Below, piece by piece: positions 26,640 to 36,700 of a stretch of 64,000 bases of DNA (position 1 is its first letter; every line of letters begins with the position of its first letter). The notes under the pieces were generated by a model. It ran no database searches. It saw only the letters and a list, made by a program, of their open reading frames with translations, and was not told the origin of the DNA. The DNA comes from Phycisphaerae bacterium (GTDB taxonomy: Bacteria > Planctomycetota > Phycisphaerae > JAAYCJ01). The position numbers and the translations under genes were made by a program. The stretch spans positions 1,043 to 65,042 of the forward strand of contig JAAYCJ010000014.1 of assembly GCA_012729815.1 (NCBI GenBank), read 5' to 3'.

Positions 26640-26692
26640 AACGTAGCTCCGCCGCCCCCGGCGGAGTCTTCCTTCATTCTGACTTCTGACCA
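26640..26692 (-). terminator. Hairpin-repeat element acting as an intrinsic terminator downstream of rnpB (copy 1 of a repeat family)
   Basis: On the minus strand: hairpin GACUCCGCCGGGGGCGGCGGAGC followed by UACGUUAUUUAUUUCG. Related copies lie at 32368 and 33541. Confidence 0.5.
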
Positions 26693-26745
26693 CTGAATTC
26701 TGAGTTCTTTTCCCCATCCCCCCTCCCTCACCCGCCGCGCGCAAA

Positions 26746-27140
26746 AAAAGAGAGCGTTCCATAAGCCGAATTCTGTCTCCCGATCGCTCGGGAGGGCGGC
26801 CATTTATCTGGGCCCGCCGTTGCCGACAGGCTCGTGCGGCCTACCCGGGACTCGAACGAGACGGGCCGCCTCGTCCGGACGCTTCCGCGCCCGGTCGTCC
26901 CCTATTTGGCCTTGCCGGCGGTGGGGTTTGCCGTGCCCCCGACGTCGCCGCCGGGGCGGTGAGCTCTTACCTCGCCTTTTCACCCTTACCCGTCCACGCC
27001 GAAGCGCCGACGGGCGGTATCTTTTCTGTGGCACTTTCCCTGGGGTCACCCCCGGTGGACGTTATCCACCACCGCGCCCGGTCCGGTTCGGACTTTCCTC
27101 CCAGCCAACGGCTGAGCGGCCGCCTGGAACACTCTCTCTA
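26746..27140 (-). ncRNA. rnpB: RNase P RNA (bacterial type A)
   Basis: The reverse complement carries the conserved blocks GGGAGGAAAGUCCG (P4 5' strand), GGGAAAGUGCCACAGAAA, GGGUAAGGGUGAAAAGGCGAGGUAAGAGCUCACC, GGCAAGGCCAAAUAGGGGA, GUCCCGGGUAGGCCGCACGAGCC and ACAGAAUUCGGCUUAUGGAACGCUCUCU, with P1/P2/P4 pairings consistent with E. coli M1 RNA. The ORFs overlapping this locus are spurious. Confidence 0.9.
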
Positions 27141-27144
27141 ATAG

Positions 27145-27173
27145 ATTATACGCATCTCTCGACCCGGCCTCAA
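27145..27173 (-). promoter_or_regulatory. rnpB promoter (TTGAGG, 17-nt spacer, TATAAT on the minus strand)
   Basis: The -10 hexamer ends about 7 nt before the P1 5' strand GAGAGAGUGUUCC. Confidence 0.55.
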
Positions 27174-27476
27174 GGGTTGCCAAACCGACGGGGCGGGAGC
27201 ATGCCCCATCTTGCATCTTGCTGTTTGGTATTTTCATTTTTCATCTCCCCTCCGCCCCCCTGACTTCCCGTCTTCCCGGGCCTACAATACAGGGTCGGGG
27301 TGATTCGCAGCGTGGGGAACTCCTTGCAAACCCTGATGAATTTGGTACGGTATCGGGTGGGAACGAACCGGGTGTGGCAGGTTAGCCGGGGCCTCAAGAC
27401 CGATCAGCGATCAGACGGTGGAGGGTAGGCCGTTGCGCGGGTTGGGCAGCGTCCGCCAACCGGCAAAGGAGCACCG

Positions 27477-30400
27477 ATGACGTCGTCGAAACGAAGGAAA
27501 CCGGACCACAACAAGCCTGATGGCGACCAATCGCCGGCACCGACGCCAGAGCACGATCAGGCCCACGATCAGGCCCAGCAAGAGGCCGCCGACAAGGGCC
27601 GGTCCGAGGCTCCAGACCAGGCGCAAGACTCGGAACGCCAACAGGTTGAGGGCGAAGACGTCCAGCCGACCGACGAATGGCTCAGCCAGGGCCGCCAGGA
27701 TCAATCCAAAAGCCAGGAGACTTCCCAGCCCCCCGAGCAGGCTGACCAAGAGGCCCAACCCCGTCCGGCCCTGTTCGTGGCCGGAGTCGGGGCCTCAGCC
27801 GGAGGGGTCCGGGCCATCGAGGAGTTCTTCTCCGAAATGCCGCAGGGCTCGAAGATCGCCTTCGTCATCCTCCAGCATATGGCGCCGGGCCACCGCAGCG
27901 TCCTGGACGCCCTGATCCGCCGAAAGACCGAAATCACCGTTGAAGAGGCCCAGGAAAAAGCCCGTCTCCAGGCCGATCACGTCTACGTCGTCCAGTCCGG
28001 CAGGGACGTGGACTTCCGCGACGGCTGTTTCCACTTCGAAGCCTCCGGCGAGGAACGCGGCAGCCGCATGCCCATCGACCACCTCTTCCGATCGCTCGCC
28101 GCTGAGTTCGGCGACCGCGCCATCGCCGTCATCCTCTCCGGAGCGGGAAGCGACGGGACGCTGGGCCTCAAGGAGATCAAGGGCGAAGGCGGCGTGGTCA
28201 TGGTCCAGGATCCTGACGAGGCTGAATACGCCAGCATGCCCAGCAGCGCCGTAGCCACCGCGCTGGCCGACATGGTCCTGCCCGTCCGCCGGATGGCCGA
28301 GGAATTGCTCCGCTACGTGGACCACCCAGCCGCCGGCGCCACGCCGGCCGCCGAACGCGAGACCAACGAGCGGAAGTTCGAAAAGAACGTCCAGCGGATC
28401 ATCCAGATCGTCCGGGCCAAGACCGGACACAACTTTGTCCACTACAAACAGAACACCATCCGTCGGCGGATCCAGCGGCGGATCGCCGTCCACCAACTTC
28501 CCGATATCGAGGAGTACGTCAAATTCCTCCGCCAGAACCCCGACGAGGTCCAGGCCCTCTTCCGCGACCTGTTGATCAACGTGACCAGCTTCTTCCGCGA
28601 TCCGGAGGCCTGGGTTGCCCTCCAGGAGGACGTGGTCACGCCCATCGTGCGAGACCGTGACCCGGAAGAACCCATCCGCGTCTGGGTTCCCGGCTGCGCC
28701 ACCGGTGAGGAGGCCTACTCCGTGGCCATCCTCTTCGCCGAGGCCATGGACCGCCTCGAACGCCAGATCCCGATCAAAATCTTCGCCACCGACATCAGCC
28801 CCGAGGGCATCGACGCCGCCCGCGACGGCTGCTACCCGCCCAACATCGCCGCCGACCTGACGCCCGCGCGCCTCAAGGAGTATTTCGTCAAGAAGGAAGA
28901 GCAGTACCGCGTGGTCAACCGAATCCGCGAAATGGTCGTCTTCGCCGTCCACGACCTGACCCGCGACCCGCCGTTCTCCCAACTCGACCTGATCACCTGC
29001 CGTAACCTCCTGATCTACATGGACCAGGACCTCCAGAAAACCATCCTCCCCGTCTTCCACTACAGCCTGGCCCGAGGCGGGTGCCTGTTTCTGGGCACTT
29101 CCGAGGGCGTCGGCGATTTCCTCCAAATGTACGCCCCGGTCGACAAGAGGTGGAAGATCTACCGGGTCGAACCGGTCTCCAGCGAGCGGCACATCGAGGA
29201 ATTCCGCCAGGCCATCCTCGGCCTCGAGCCGCCAAGACTCCGACGCGTGATCGCCATGGCGGACCGCGAGAAACCGCGGGAAAAAGAAACCCGATCCGGT
29301 GATCGCGAGGATCGGCCCGCTCCGCCCGCGCCCGTCGACGCCCGCGAGGTCCTGCGGCGGACCATGATGGACCGCTACGCCCCGCCCGCCGTCCTGCTCG
29401 ACCACGACTTTAACGTCCTCTACTTCCACGGCGAGACCGACAAGTTCCTCCGCCCTCCCCAGGGCGAGCCGGCGTTCAACCTCCTCGCCATGGCCCGCGA
29501 TAGCCTGCTCTACCGCCTCACCGTCGCCCTCCGCGAGGCCCGCAGCGAAGGCAAGCCCGTCCGCTGCGAACAAATCCCGGTCCGTCGCACCGACGGGCGG
29601 TTCTTCAACGCCGACCTGACCATCAGCCCCCTCGAACGCCAGCGCGGCGGCCCGCGGCTCCTTTTGGTCACCTTCGAGGAGCACCCCGGACCTGATGACG
29701 AGGAGGCCCGACAGGCCGACCGCGACCGCGAATCCGACGCCCGTCACCAAGACCTCCAGGACCAGCTCAACTCCACCCGCCAGGACCTCCAGGCCACCAT
29801 CGAGGAACTCGAAACCTCCAACGAGGAACTCAAGAGCGCCAACGAGGAGCTTCAAGCCAACAACGAAGAGCTCCAGAGCGCCAACGAGGAACTCGAGGCC
29901 TCCCGCGAGGAACTCCAGAGCGCCAACGAGGAACTCGAGACGGTCAATACCGAACTCCACCGCCGCAACGAAGCCCTCACCGAGGCCCACGACGACATCA
30001 ACAACTTCTTCGGGGCCACCGACATCGCCACCCTCATCCTCGACACCAGGCTCCGCATCAAGCGATTCACCCCGGCGACCAAGCGGATCTTCAACCTGAT
30101 CGACGCCGACCACGGACGGGTCATCACCGATCTCACCTCGCAGCTCATTGACGTGGACCTGCTGGACCAGGCCCGCGACGTGATCGACACCCTCGACAAA
30201 AAGGAACTCGAGGTCCGGACCCGCGACGGCGGCTGCTACCAGTTGCGAATCCTGCCCTACCGCACCGCCGACAACGTCATCGAGGGCGTCGTCCTGACCT
30301 TCCAGAACATCAGCGAGGTCAAGCGAGTCCAGGAGCGGGCCCGCGACGCCCAGCGTTACGCCGAAAGCGTCATCGCCACCGTCCGCGAGCCTCTGGTCGT

Positions 30401-30716
30401 CCTCGACGACAGCCTGCGGGTGGTCTCAGCCAACAACGCGTTCTTCCGCGAGTTCGGTTTGGACCCTCAGCGAACCTCCGGAAAGCACGTGTATGAACTC
30501 GACGATCGCCAGTGGGCCGGCGATCAACTCCGCCACCTGCTGGAAAAGATCGTTCCCCAAAACGAGGAGTTCAACGACTTCCGCGTTGAACACCGCTTTC
30601 CGGACGGACAGACCAAGATCATGCTCCTGAACGCCCGGCGGATCCAACGCCAGACCGAACGCGGACAACTCATCCTGCTGGCCATCGAAATCGTCCCAAA
30701 GGAGGGACAAGAATGA
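27477..30716 (+). CDS. CheB methylesterase / CheR methyltransferase fusion protein with a coiled-coil and a C-terminal PAS domain
   Basis: CheB block LFVAGVGASAGGVRAIEEF...FVILQHM. CheR block NVTSFFRDPEAW...RVWVPGCATGEEAYSVAILF. A heptad-repeat coiled coil ELETSNEELKSANEELQANNEELQSANEEL and a PAS-like C-terminus follow. AAAGGAG RBS. Confidence 0.85.
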   Translation: MTSSKRRKPDHNKPDGDQSPAPTPEHDQAHDQAQQEAADKGRSEAPDQAQDSERQQVEGEDVQPTDEWLSQGRQDQSKSQETSQPPEQADQEAQPRPALFVAGVGASAGGVRAIEEFFSEMPQGSKIAFVILQHMAPGHRSVLDALIRRKTEITVEEAQEKARLQADHVYVVQSGRDVDFRDGCFHFEASGEERGSRMPIDHLFRSLAAEFGDRAIAVILSGAGSDGTLGLKEIKGEGGVVMVQDPDEAEYASMPSSAVATALADMVLPVRRMAEELLRYVDHPAAGATPAAERETNERKFEKNVQRIIQIVRAKTGHNFVHYKQNTIRRRIQRRIAVHQLPDIEEYVKFLRQNPDEVQALFRDLLINVTSFFRDPEAWVALQEDVVTPIVRDRDPEEPIRVWVPGCATGEEAYSVAILFAEAMDRLERQIPIKIFATDISPEGIDAARDGCYPPNIAADLTPARLKEYFVKKEEQYRVVNRIREMVVFAVHDLTRDPPFSQLDLITCRNLLIYMDQDLQKTILPVFHYSLARGGCLFLGTSEGVGDFLQMYAPVDKRWKIYRVEPVSSERHIEEFRQAILGLEPPRLRRVIAMADREKPREKETRSGDREDRPAPPAPVDAREVLRRTMMDRYAPPAVLLDHDFNVLYFHGETDKFLRPPQGEPAFNLLAMARDSLLYRLTVALREARSEGKPVRCEQIPVRRTDGRFFNADLTISPLERQRGGPRLLLVTFEEHPGPDDEEARQADRDRESDARHQDLQDQLNSTRQDLQATIEELETSNEELKSANEELQANNEELQSANEELEASREELQSANEELETVNTELHRRNEALTEAHDDINNFFGATDIATLILDTRLRIKRFTPATKRIFNLIDADHGRVITDLTSQLIDVDLLDQARDVIDTLDKKELEVRTRDGGCYQLRILPYRTADNVIEGVVLTFQNISEVKRVQERARDAQRYAESVIATVREPLVVLDDSLRVVSANNAFFREFGLDPQRTSGKHVYELDDRQWAGDQLRHLLEKIVPQNEEFNDFRVEHRFPDGQTKIMLLNARRIQRQTERGQLILLAIEIVPKEGQE

Positions 30717-30739
30717 ACCATCCCCCCCGCAAGGGCGGT

Positions 30740-30865
30740 GAAGGCAAAATGCAACATGCAGAAGGCAAAATGCAGAATGAAGAGGCCTGACGACACACCG
30801 GCGGCCCCCATCGCCGGGCACGCCACCTCTTCTCATTTTGCACTTTGCATTTTGCCTTCTGCATT
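30740..30865. other. Imperfect ~120-nt palindrome between the CheB/R fusion gene and the kinase gene
   Basis: gaaggcaaaatgc...(loop)...gcattttgccttc is a perfect 13-bp pair. An outer gaagagg/cctcttc pair flanks it, and ggcaaaatgca direct repeats occur inside. No U-tract follows. Confidence 0.3.
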
Positions 30866-30909
30866 CTCCATTGGCATTTCCTCCTGGCTTCTTCTTCGGA
30901 GCCTTGTCC

Positions 30910-32235
30910 ATGACCGATAACGCCGACCACAACGAGCACAAAACCGACCTCCGTCGGCAGGCCGAGCGGGAACTGGCCGCTCGCGGCGACCGCGTGCCCA
31001 CCGAAACCGAGGAAATCGAACGGGCCCTCCATGAACTGCGGGTCCACCAGATTGAACTGGAAATGCAGAACGAGGAGCTCCGCCGCGCTCACATCGATCT
31101 GGAGACTTCTCAGCGGCGATACTGGGAGCTCTTCGACCTGGCCCCGGTGGCCTACTTCACCCTCCGGCCGAACAACCTGATCGTCGACGCCAACCAGGCC
31201 GCCGCCCGACTCCTCGGCCACGAACGCGCCTTCCTCCGCAGTCGTCCGTTCAGCAACTTCGTCGGGCCCAACGAGATCGAGAGTTTCTACGGCTTCCGCA
31301 ACCGCCTGCTCAAGACCCATCGCCCGTGTTCGTGCGAGCTGACCATGCGTCAGGCCGAGAACGGCAGATTTCTCATCGCCCGCCTCGACGGCCTGGCTCT
31401 GCGCGATGACCAGGATAACATCACCGAACTCCGGCTGGCCGCCACCGACGTCACCGAGCAACGCCAGGCGGAACGAGCCTTACAGGCGGCCCACGACGAT
31501 CTGGAACGCCGCGTCCACCAGCGGACCGCCGAACTGGCCCGGACGGTCGAGGAACTGCGACGTTCCAACGCCGACCTCCAGCAGTTCGCCTACGTGGCCA
31601 GCCACGACCTCCAGGAACCCCTCCGCATGGTCACCAGCTTCGTCCAGCTCCTCAAGATCCGCTGCGGCGATAAACTGCCCGGCGAGTGCTACCACTACAT
31701 CGACGTGGCGGTCGAAGGAGCCCTGCGGATGCAGGCCCTCGTCAAGGACCTGCTCGACTACTCGCGGCTTACCACTCGCGCCCAGGAGCCCCAGCCGATC
31801 GAAGCCGCGGACGTGGTCGCCGCTGTGCTCGAAAATCTGCGTATGACCATCGACGAAACGCACGCCCGCGTCGACGTCGGCGAGCTTCCAGCCGTCCTGG
31901 CCGACCCCACCCATCTCCTCCAGGTTTTTCAGAACCTGATCGAAAACGCCCTCAAGTTCCGCTCTGAAGCCCCGCCGCACATCCGCATCGCCGCCCGCCG
32001 CGCCGACGGCTGGTGGCAATTCGACGTCGCCGACAACGGCATCGGCATGGATCCGCAATACTTCGACAAGATATTTGTCATCTTCCAGCGCCTCCACAAC
32101 CGCCAGAAATACCCCGGCACCGGAATCGGCCTGGCCCTCTGCAAGAAGATCATCGAACGCCACGGCGGAAAAATCTGGGTCGACTCCCAGCCCGGCCAGG
32201 GCACCACCGTCCACTTCACCCTCCCCGCCGCCTGA
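30910..32235 (+). CDS. Sensor histidine kinase (coiled-coil, PAS, HisKA, HATPase_c)
   Basis: H-box VASHDLQEPLRMV. N/G boxes FDVADNGIGMD...GTGIGLALCKKIIERHGGKIWV. Start re-called to MTDNADH; the listed TTG ORF start at 30838 lies inside the palindrome. Confidence 0.8.
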   Translation: MTDNADHNEHKTDLRRQAERELAARGDRVPTETEEIERALHELRVHQIELEMQNEELRRAHIDLETSQRRYWELFDLAPVAYFTLRPNNLIVDANQAAARLLGHERAFLRSRPFSNFVGPNEIESFYGFRNRLLKTHRPCSCELTMRQAENGRFLIARLDGLALRDDQDNITELRLAATDVTEQRQAERALQAAHDDLERRVHQRTAELARTVEELRRSNADLQQFAYVASHDLQEPLRMVTSFVQLLKIRCGDKLPGECYHYIDVAVEGALRMQALVKDLLDYSRLTTRAQEPQPIEAADVVAAVLENLRMTIDETHARVDVGELPAVLADPTHLLQVFQNLIENALKFRSEAPPHIRIAARRADGWWQFDVADNGIGMDPQYFDKIFVIFQRLHNRQKYPGTGIGLALCKKIIERHGGKIWVDSQPGQGTTVHFTLPAA

Positions 32236-32367
32236 CGACCCGCACCCGCCAAAGAGAAACCTCCGCCGTCGATTCCACTTCCCTTTAAGACGGCCCGGAT
32301 CACGCGGAACACGCGGAGGGGATAAAGAAGAAATGAAAATTGAAAATATCAAATACCAAAAATCAAA

Positions 32368-32455
32368 ATGTGGCTCCGCCGCCCTCGGCGGAGTCTTCTC
32401 CTCATTCTGACTTCTGGCTTCTTTCCCTCCGCGCGTTCCGCGTGCTCCGTGCTGA
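32368..32455. repeat. ~90-bp hairpin-repeat element, copy 2 (acts as a minus-strand terminator after the radical SAM pseudogene)
   Basis: tgtggctccgccgccctcggcggagtcttctcctcattctgacttctggcttctttccctccgcgcgttccgcgtgctccg. On the minus strand the hairpin is followed by a long U-rich tract ACAUUUUGAUUUUUGGUAUUUGAUAUUUUC. Confidence 0.6.
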
Positions 32456-32469
32456 TCTTCATGGGTCTT

Positions 32470-33464
32470 CCTCGGTACACGCGAATACCCCCGGCACGCC
32501 GACCCCACGTCCGTGTCCCCATGCACCAGCCGTCTGCCGGCGCGAAATTCCTCGCCGTTAAACGCGTCGAGAAAGCTCTGCCGTTTCAGGTCGCCCCACG
32601 CGAACCGCTGCTCGCCGACCACGCAGCAGGGCAGCAGCGTACCGTCGAAATGGATGACCGGAAAGTCGTACAGGTCCGTGCAGTAGGGCGGCTGCTTCTC
32701 ATCCACCTGGCAGGAGCCCTTGAGGCCATGCTCGTTGTAGACCTGCCCGTCCAGCGCCCCTTCGCCAAGGGCCAGATCGTCCACCTCCAGTTCCGCAGCC
32801 AGCCTGCGGGCCGCTGGTATCTCGTGCAGGTGTGCGGAAAGCACAAAAACCGCCAGACGATCCGCGGCGTCTGGCGACCCAGCGCCCGGCGGACCTCGAC
32901 CATCCGCCGCAGGTTCGCCAACGCCCGCTCGCACGACCCGCCGCGTCAGTACGTCGCGTAGGTCTCCTGCGTCGCCCCGTCAATCGAGCCGACAAGGAAA
33001 TCCAGACCCGACTCCACCAGCCGCTCGGCCAGACCGTCCGGCAGGTGGTTCAAATTGCTGTGAATCTGCGTGCCCACCCCGCGCCCGTGGATCGACGCGA
33101 TGATCTCCGGCAATTCCCGATTCAACAGCGGCTCTCCCCAGTTGAACAGGTTCACCTGCACCAGATGCGGCCAGAGCTCATCGAGAAATCGCTCCGCGTC
33201 CGCCCGCTGCAAAAACCCTCGGGCCAGCGGCTCGGTCCGCGCCCGGCCGGTGCAGCACCGAAGGTTACAGATATTGCCCGGCTCCAGGACGATCCGCCAC
33301 GGATACGCCTCGACCGTCTGGGCTCCGCCCGTCGCCGCCGCGTGCAGCTTCCGCGCATTGGTCAGCTTCGCCTCGCTGCCGTACCGCCGCCAAAGCTCCC
33401 GGCCCACCGTCGAGAGCCGCCGAACGTCGAAGCCCGTTTCCGTCGCCTGCGTCGGCGCCATCAT
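32470..33464 (-). pseudogene. Radical SAM / SPASM-domain enzyme, inactivated
   Basis: The N-terminal ORF 32946..33464 carries the radical SAM core (EPGNICNLRCC, NWGEPLL, VGSIDGATQETYATY) and ends at a TGA. The same frame then continues with conserved sequence RGGSCERALANLRRMVEVRRALGRQTPRIVWRFL. A +1/-1 frame change near 32690 is needed to reach HEIPAARRLAAELEVDDL...C..C...PCC (SPASM-like). No proper stop codon is found; the 3' end runs into repeat copy 2. Confidence 0.65.
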
Positions 33465-33540
33465 CTTGTCTCATCGCGATTCGCGCACAAGGTCTCCACC
33501 ATCTTCATCGGCTCACCTCGCCCCTCCAGTCCACTCAACT

Positions 33541-33630
33541 TGTGGCTCCGCCGCCCCCGGCGGAGTCTTCCTTCTTCATTCTGGCTACTGACTTCTGCCT
33601 TCTCCCCTCCGCGTGCTCCGCGTGATCCGC
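33541..33630. repeat. ~90-bp hairpin-repeat element, copy 3
   Basis: tgtggctccgccgcccccggcggagtcttccttcttcattctggctactgacttctgccttctcccctccgcgtgctccgcgtgatccg. It sits in the divergent intergenic region upstream of the radical SAM pseudogene. Confidence 0.6.
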
Positions 33631-33739
33631 GCCGTGCCTTCTGTTTTGAAGATCCCACCGCGACTTGCTTTTGTGACTCGCCTCATCCGTCGCTCCTCGC
33701 TATCATCAGCCGACAATCCGCCGACCGGACAAAGGAGAG

Positions 33740-36700
33740 TTGCCCATGTCGCTTGACCGCCTGCCCGCCCTCGACCCCGCCATCGACCTGCGCGAGGCCC
33801 TGATCGTCGAAAACGGCCTGACGTCCGATGCCCTGGCCAAACTGACCGACGTGGTCCGCCGAGTCACCGGAGGTGCGCCGGCCACCACCCCGCTGACGCC
33901 CGACCGGATCGCCGAGACGCTGACGACCCGCCACCTGATCGTCCCGGGCTGCCTGAACACCTCGCCAATCGTCGAACACTTCTATTTCCGCGAGCAGGCA
34001 TTCCACGACCGCCTCCATCCCGGTCCAGGCGGCTTGGTGATCCGCACCCTCGTCGCACCCACCGCCGCCCGCAACGTCCTGTTCCTCGGCGCCTCCGACC
34101 CCGCAGGCCAGGTCGCCGCCATCGAACGGCTTGCCCAACTGATCGACCGACACGGCCCGGTTCTGCCCGCTTTGCACGAGACGCAGCGGACCACCGTCCG
34201 GCCCGACCGCGACCCGGACCAGTACCCTCTGGCCTGGCTCTTCGAACCGCTCGACGGCGACCGCCACCGTTTCACCGTCAACCGATTCTCCCAGGCCGCC
34301 CTCCGCTATCTCTACACCGCCGACCAGGACGACGGCCAACGCCTCATCGAAATCGCCCAGGAGATGAGCCGCCGTGACGAGCCCACCGACCTGCGCCTCG
34401 GCACCATCCGCCAGTCCGACCATTACTTCTCGCACCGCATGGTCGTCTACTGGCAACTCGTCGAACCGCTGCCGCTCTTTGCCGAACCGCTTCGCCAAGC
34501 CGTCGTCGAGGCCCTCTTCGACCACCACCACTCCTCGGAATCCGCCGCCTCACTCGACCGCTTCCGCCAACAGATCGGCCTGCCGCCCGACCGCCACGTC
34601 ATGCTCACCGCCCTCAACGCCTGGGTCGAAGCCGAATACTTCAGCCGACGCCTCCCGGACCGCGGCGACTGGCGCACCGTGATCGACGTGGTGACCCGCT
34701 ACTTCGAATCGATCTGGCAAATGAGCAAGGGCGGTTCGGGCCTCATCGAAGGCTACGCCAGCTACCTGACCGTGGCCCTCGAAGCCGCCCTCCTGATGGG
34801 CCGACCCGACGTCATCCGCCAACCGCCGCTGCGGACCTGGTGCCAGCGTCTTTTCGGCGTCATCGGCAACATGGGCGTCATGATGCCGTCCCAACAGACC
34901 GATCCACATCGATGGGCCTCCGACGCCCTTAAGATCGCCGCCTACTTCTTCGACGACGGCCGCTTCGAGTACCTCTGTCGCACCCGCGTTCGCGCCGCTC
35001 GCCTCGGCGTCATCACCGACTCCGACTGGCCGCCGTCGCGGCTCTTTCCCGGACCCGATCCGGTCCTGCCCGCCGAGTATCGCGACCTGAAGGTCATGCC
35101 CCTCGACGAAGTCTTCCGCAAACACTACGCTCCTCACGCCGACCCGGACCGCGCGTTCGACATGATCGTCGGACGCGGCGGCTTCAACTTCGACGACGAA
35201 TACTTCATCGTCCAGAGCGTCCGCAGCGGCTTTAAGTACACGCCCAACGTCGGCGCCCTGACCGGCTATCAGCGGCACGGCTACCAGCTCCTGGCTGACC
35301 TGAGCAACGGCATCTGCCCGGTCCACGGCCAGATCCGCAACGTCAACACCCTCGGCGTCATTCGCGACGGCGCCGGCTGTCCCGTGCCCACCGCCGCCGA
35401 GATCGTCGACGACCGGACCCTCGACGGCGACCGCCAGATCACCCTCCGACTGCCCGACTACAACGGAACCGACTGGTACCGAACCCTCCACTGGCGACGC
35501 GGCCAGTTCCTCCTCGTCCGAGACCTGCTCCACGCCAAACAAGCCGGCCAATTCCGCGTTACCAACTACTGGAACCTCACCGGCGCGCCCGTCGCCGCCG
35601 GCTTTGCCGCCATCTTCCGTCACAACGGCTTCAACCGCGACACCGTCTTCTTCCACGCCCAATGCGCCGGTCATGACCGCGCTGTGCCACAATTCCTCCA
35701 GCCGATTGAGCCAAAAGGACTCTGGCCCTCCGGCGCCATGTCTTCCCTCAGCCCGCTCGGCCTGCCCGAAGGCGAAGCCCGCCCGTGCTGTCTCGAACTG
35801 GACTCCCTGGTGTCCCTGGCCGAAGGACAGATGTGGTCCGCCTGCACGCTGTTCCACGCGACCGTCGAAAACGCCGTCCCGCAGTACCGTCTGCAAAGCG
35901 CATCGCCCGATGAAGCCCGCGTCAACGGCGAAACCATCCGCTTCGCCGCCACGCCCCCGAACCAAGGTCCGGGCACGACGTTCGCCGCCGCCGCTGAGCA
36001 TGGATCGTCGTACCGCCCGCACGTCGCCCAGACCTATCCGGTCGCCCAGCCGCCCGACCTGCTCGCCTGGTCCAGCCCGATCCTCGCCACCGCCACACGC
36101 GACACCATCCGCGTATTCGCTGATGATCGCGATCAGCCGTCCGATATCCATCTGGACTCCAACGTCACCGCCCTCGCCGTCTGCGACCGGTCCGTCGCGA
36201 TCGCCGCCGCCGACGGAACCATCGCTCTCTTCGATGCCGACGGACGGCGGCAGTGGCAGCGGCACTTGACCATCCTCGATCAGATCAAACCCTACTCATG
36301 GTGGGTCTGGCAGACGCCGCTGGCCACCTCGCTGCACCTCGGACCCGTCGGCCCCGACGGCGAGACGCTCCTCGTCGCCGGCTCAGCCTCCTGTGCCATC
36401 GAGGCATGGGACTTGCGCGGCGAACTGCGCTGGCGACAGCACTTCGGCTGGGGATCGGTCGCCCTGATCCAACCCGCGCCGGACCATCCCAGAGCCGCCC
36501 GAGGCCTGCTCGTCGGCCTGAGAGGCTTGTCTTGTCGCGGCGACGCCGACCTGATCGACAGCTCCGGCAAGACCGTCGCGACTTTCCAAAAAGCCCATCC
36601 CGATGAAACCGTCCGCGCCGGAGCCGAAGGATGGGACATCACCGACGCCGTCTTCGCCGAACCGTTCGAATTGGAAGGGCGGCGGTGCCTGCTCGTTGGC

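Noticed and set aside
26498-27263. Six small ORFs overlapping 26498-27263
   Set aside because: The region encodes RNase P RNA (rnpB) with its promoter and terminator; these ORFs are chance frames through a structured RNA gene.
32946-32948. In-frame TGA in the radical SAM gene read as selenocysteine
   Set aside because: The same gene also needs a frameshift and lacks a proper stop, so it reads as general decay rather than recoding. No SECIS-like hairpin was evident immediately downstream. Confidence in this rejection is moderate.
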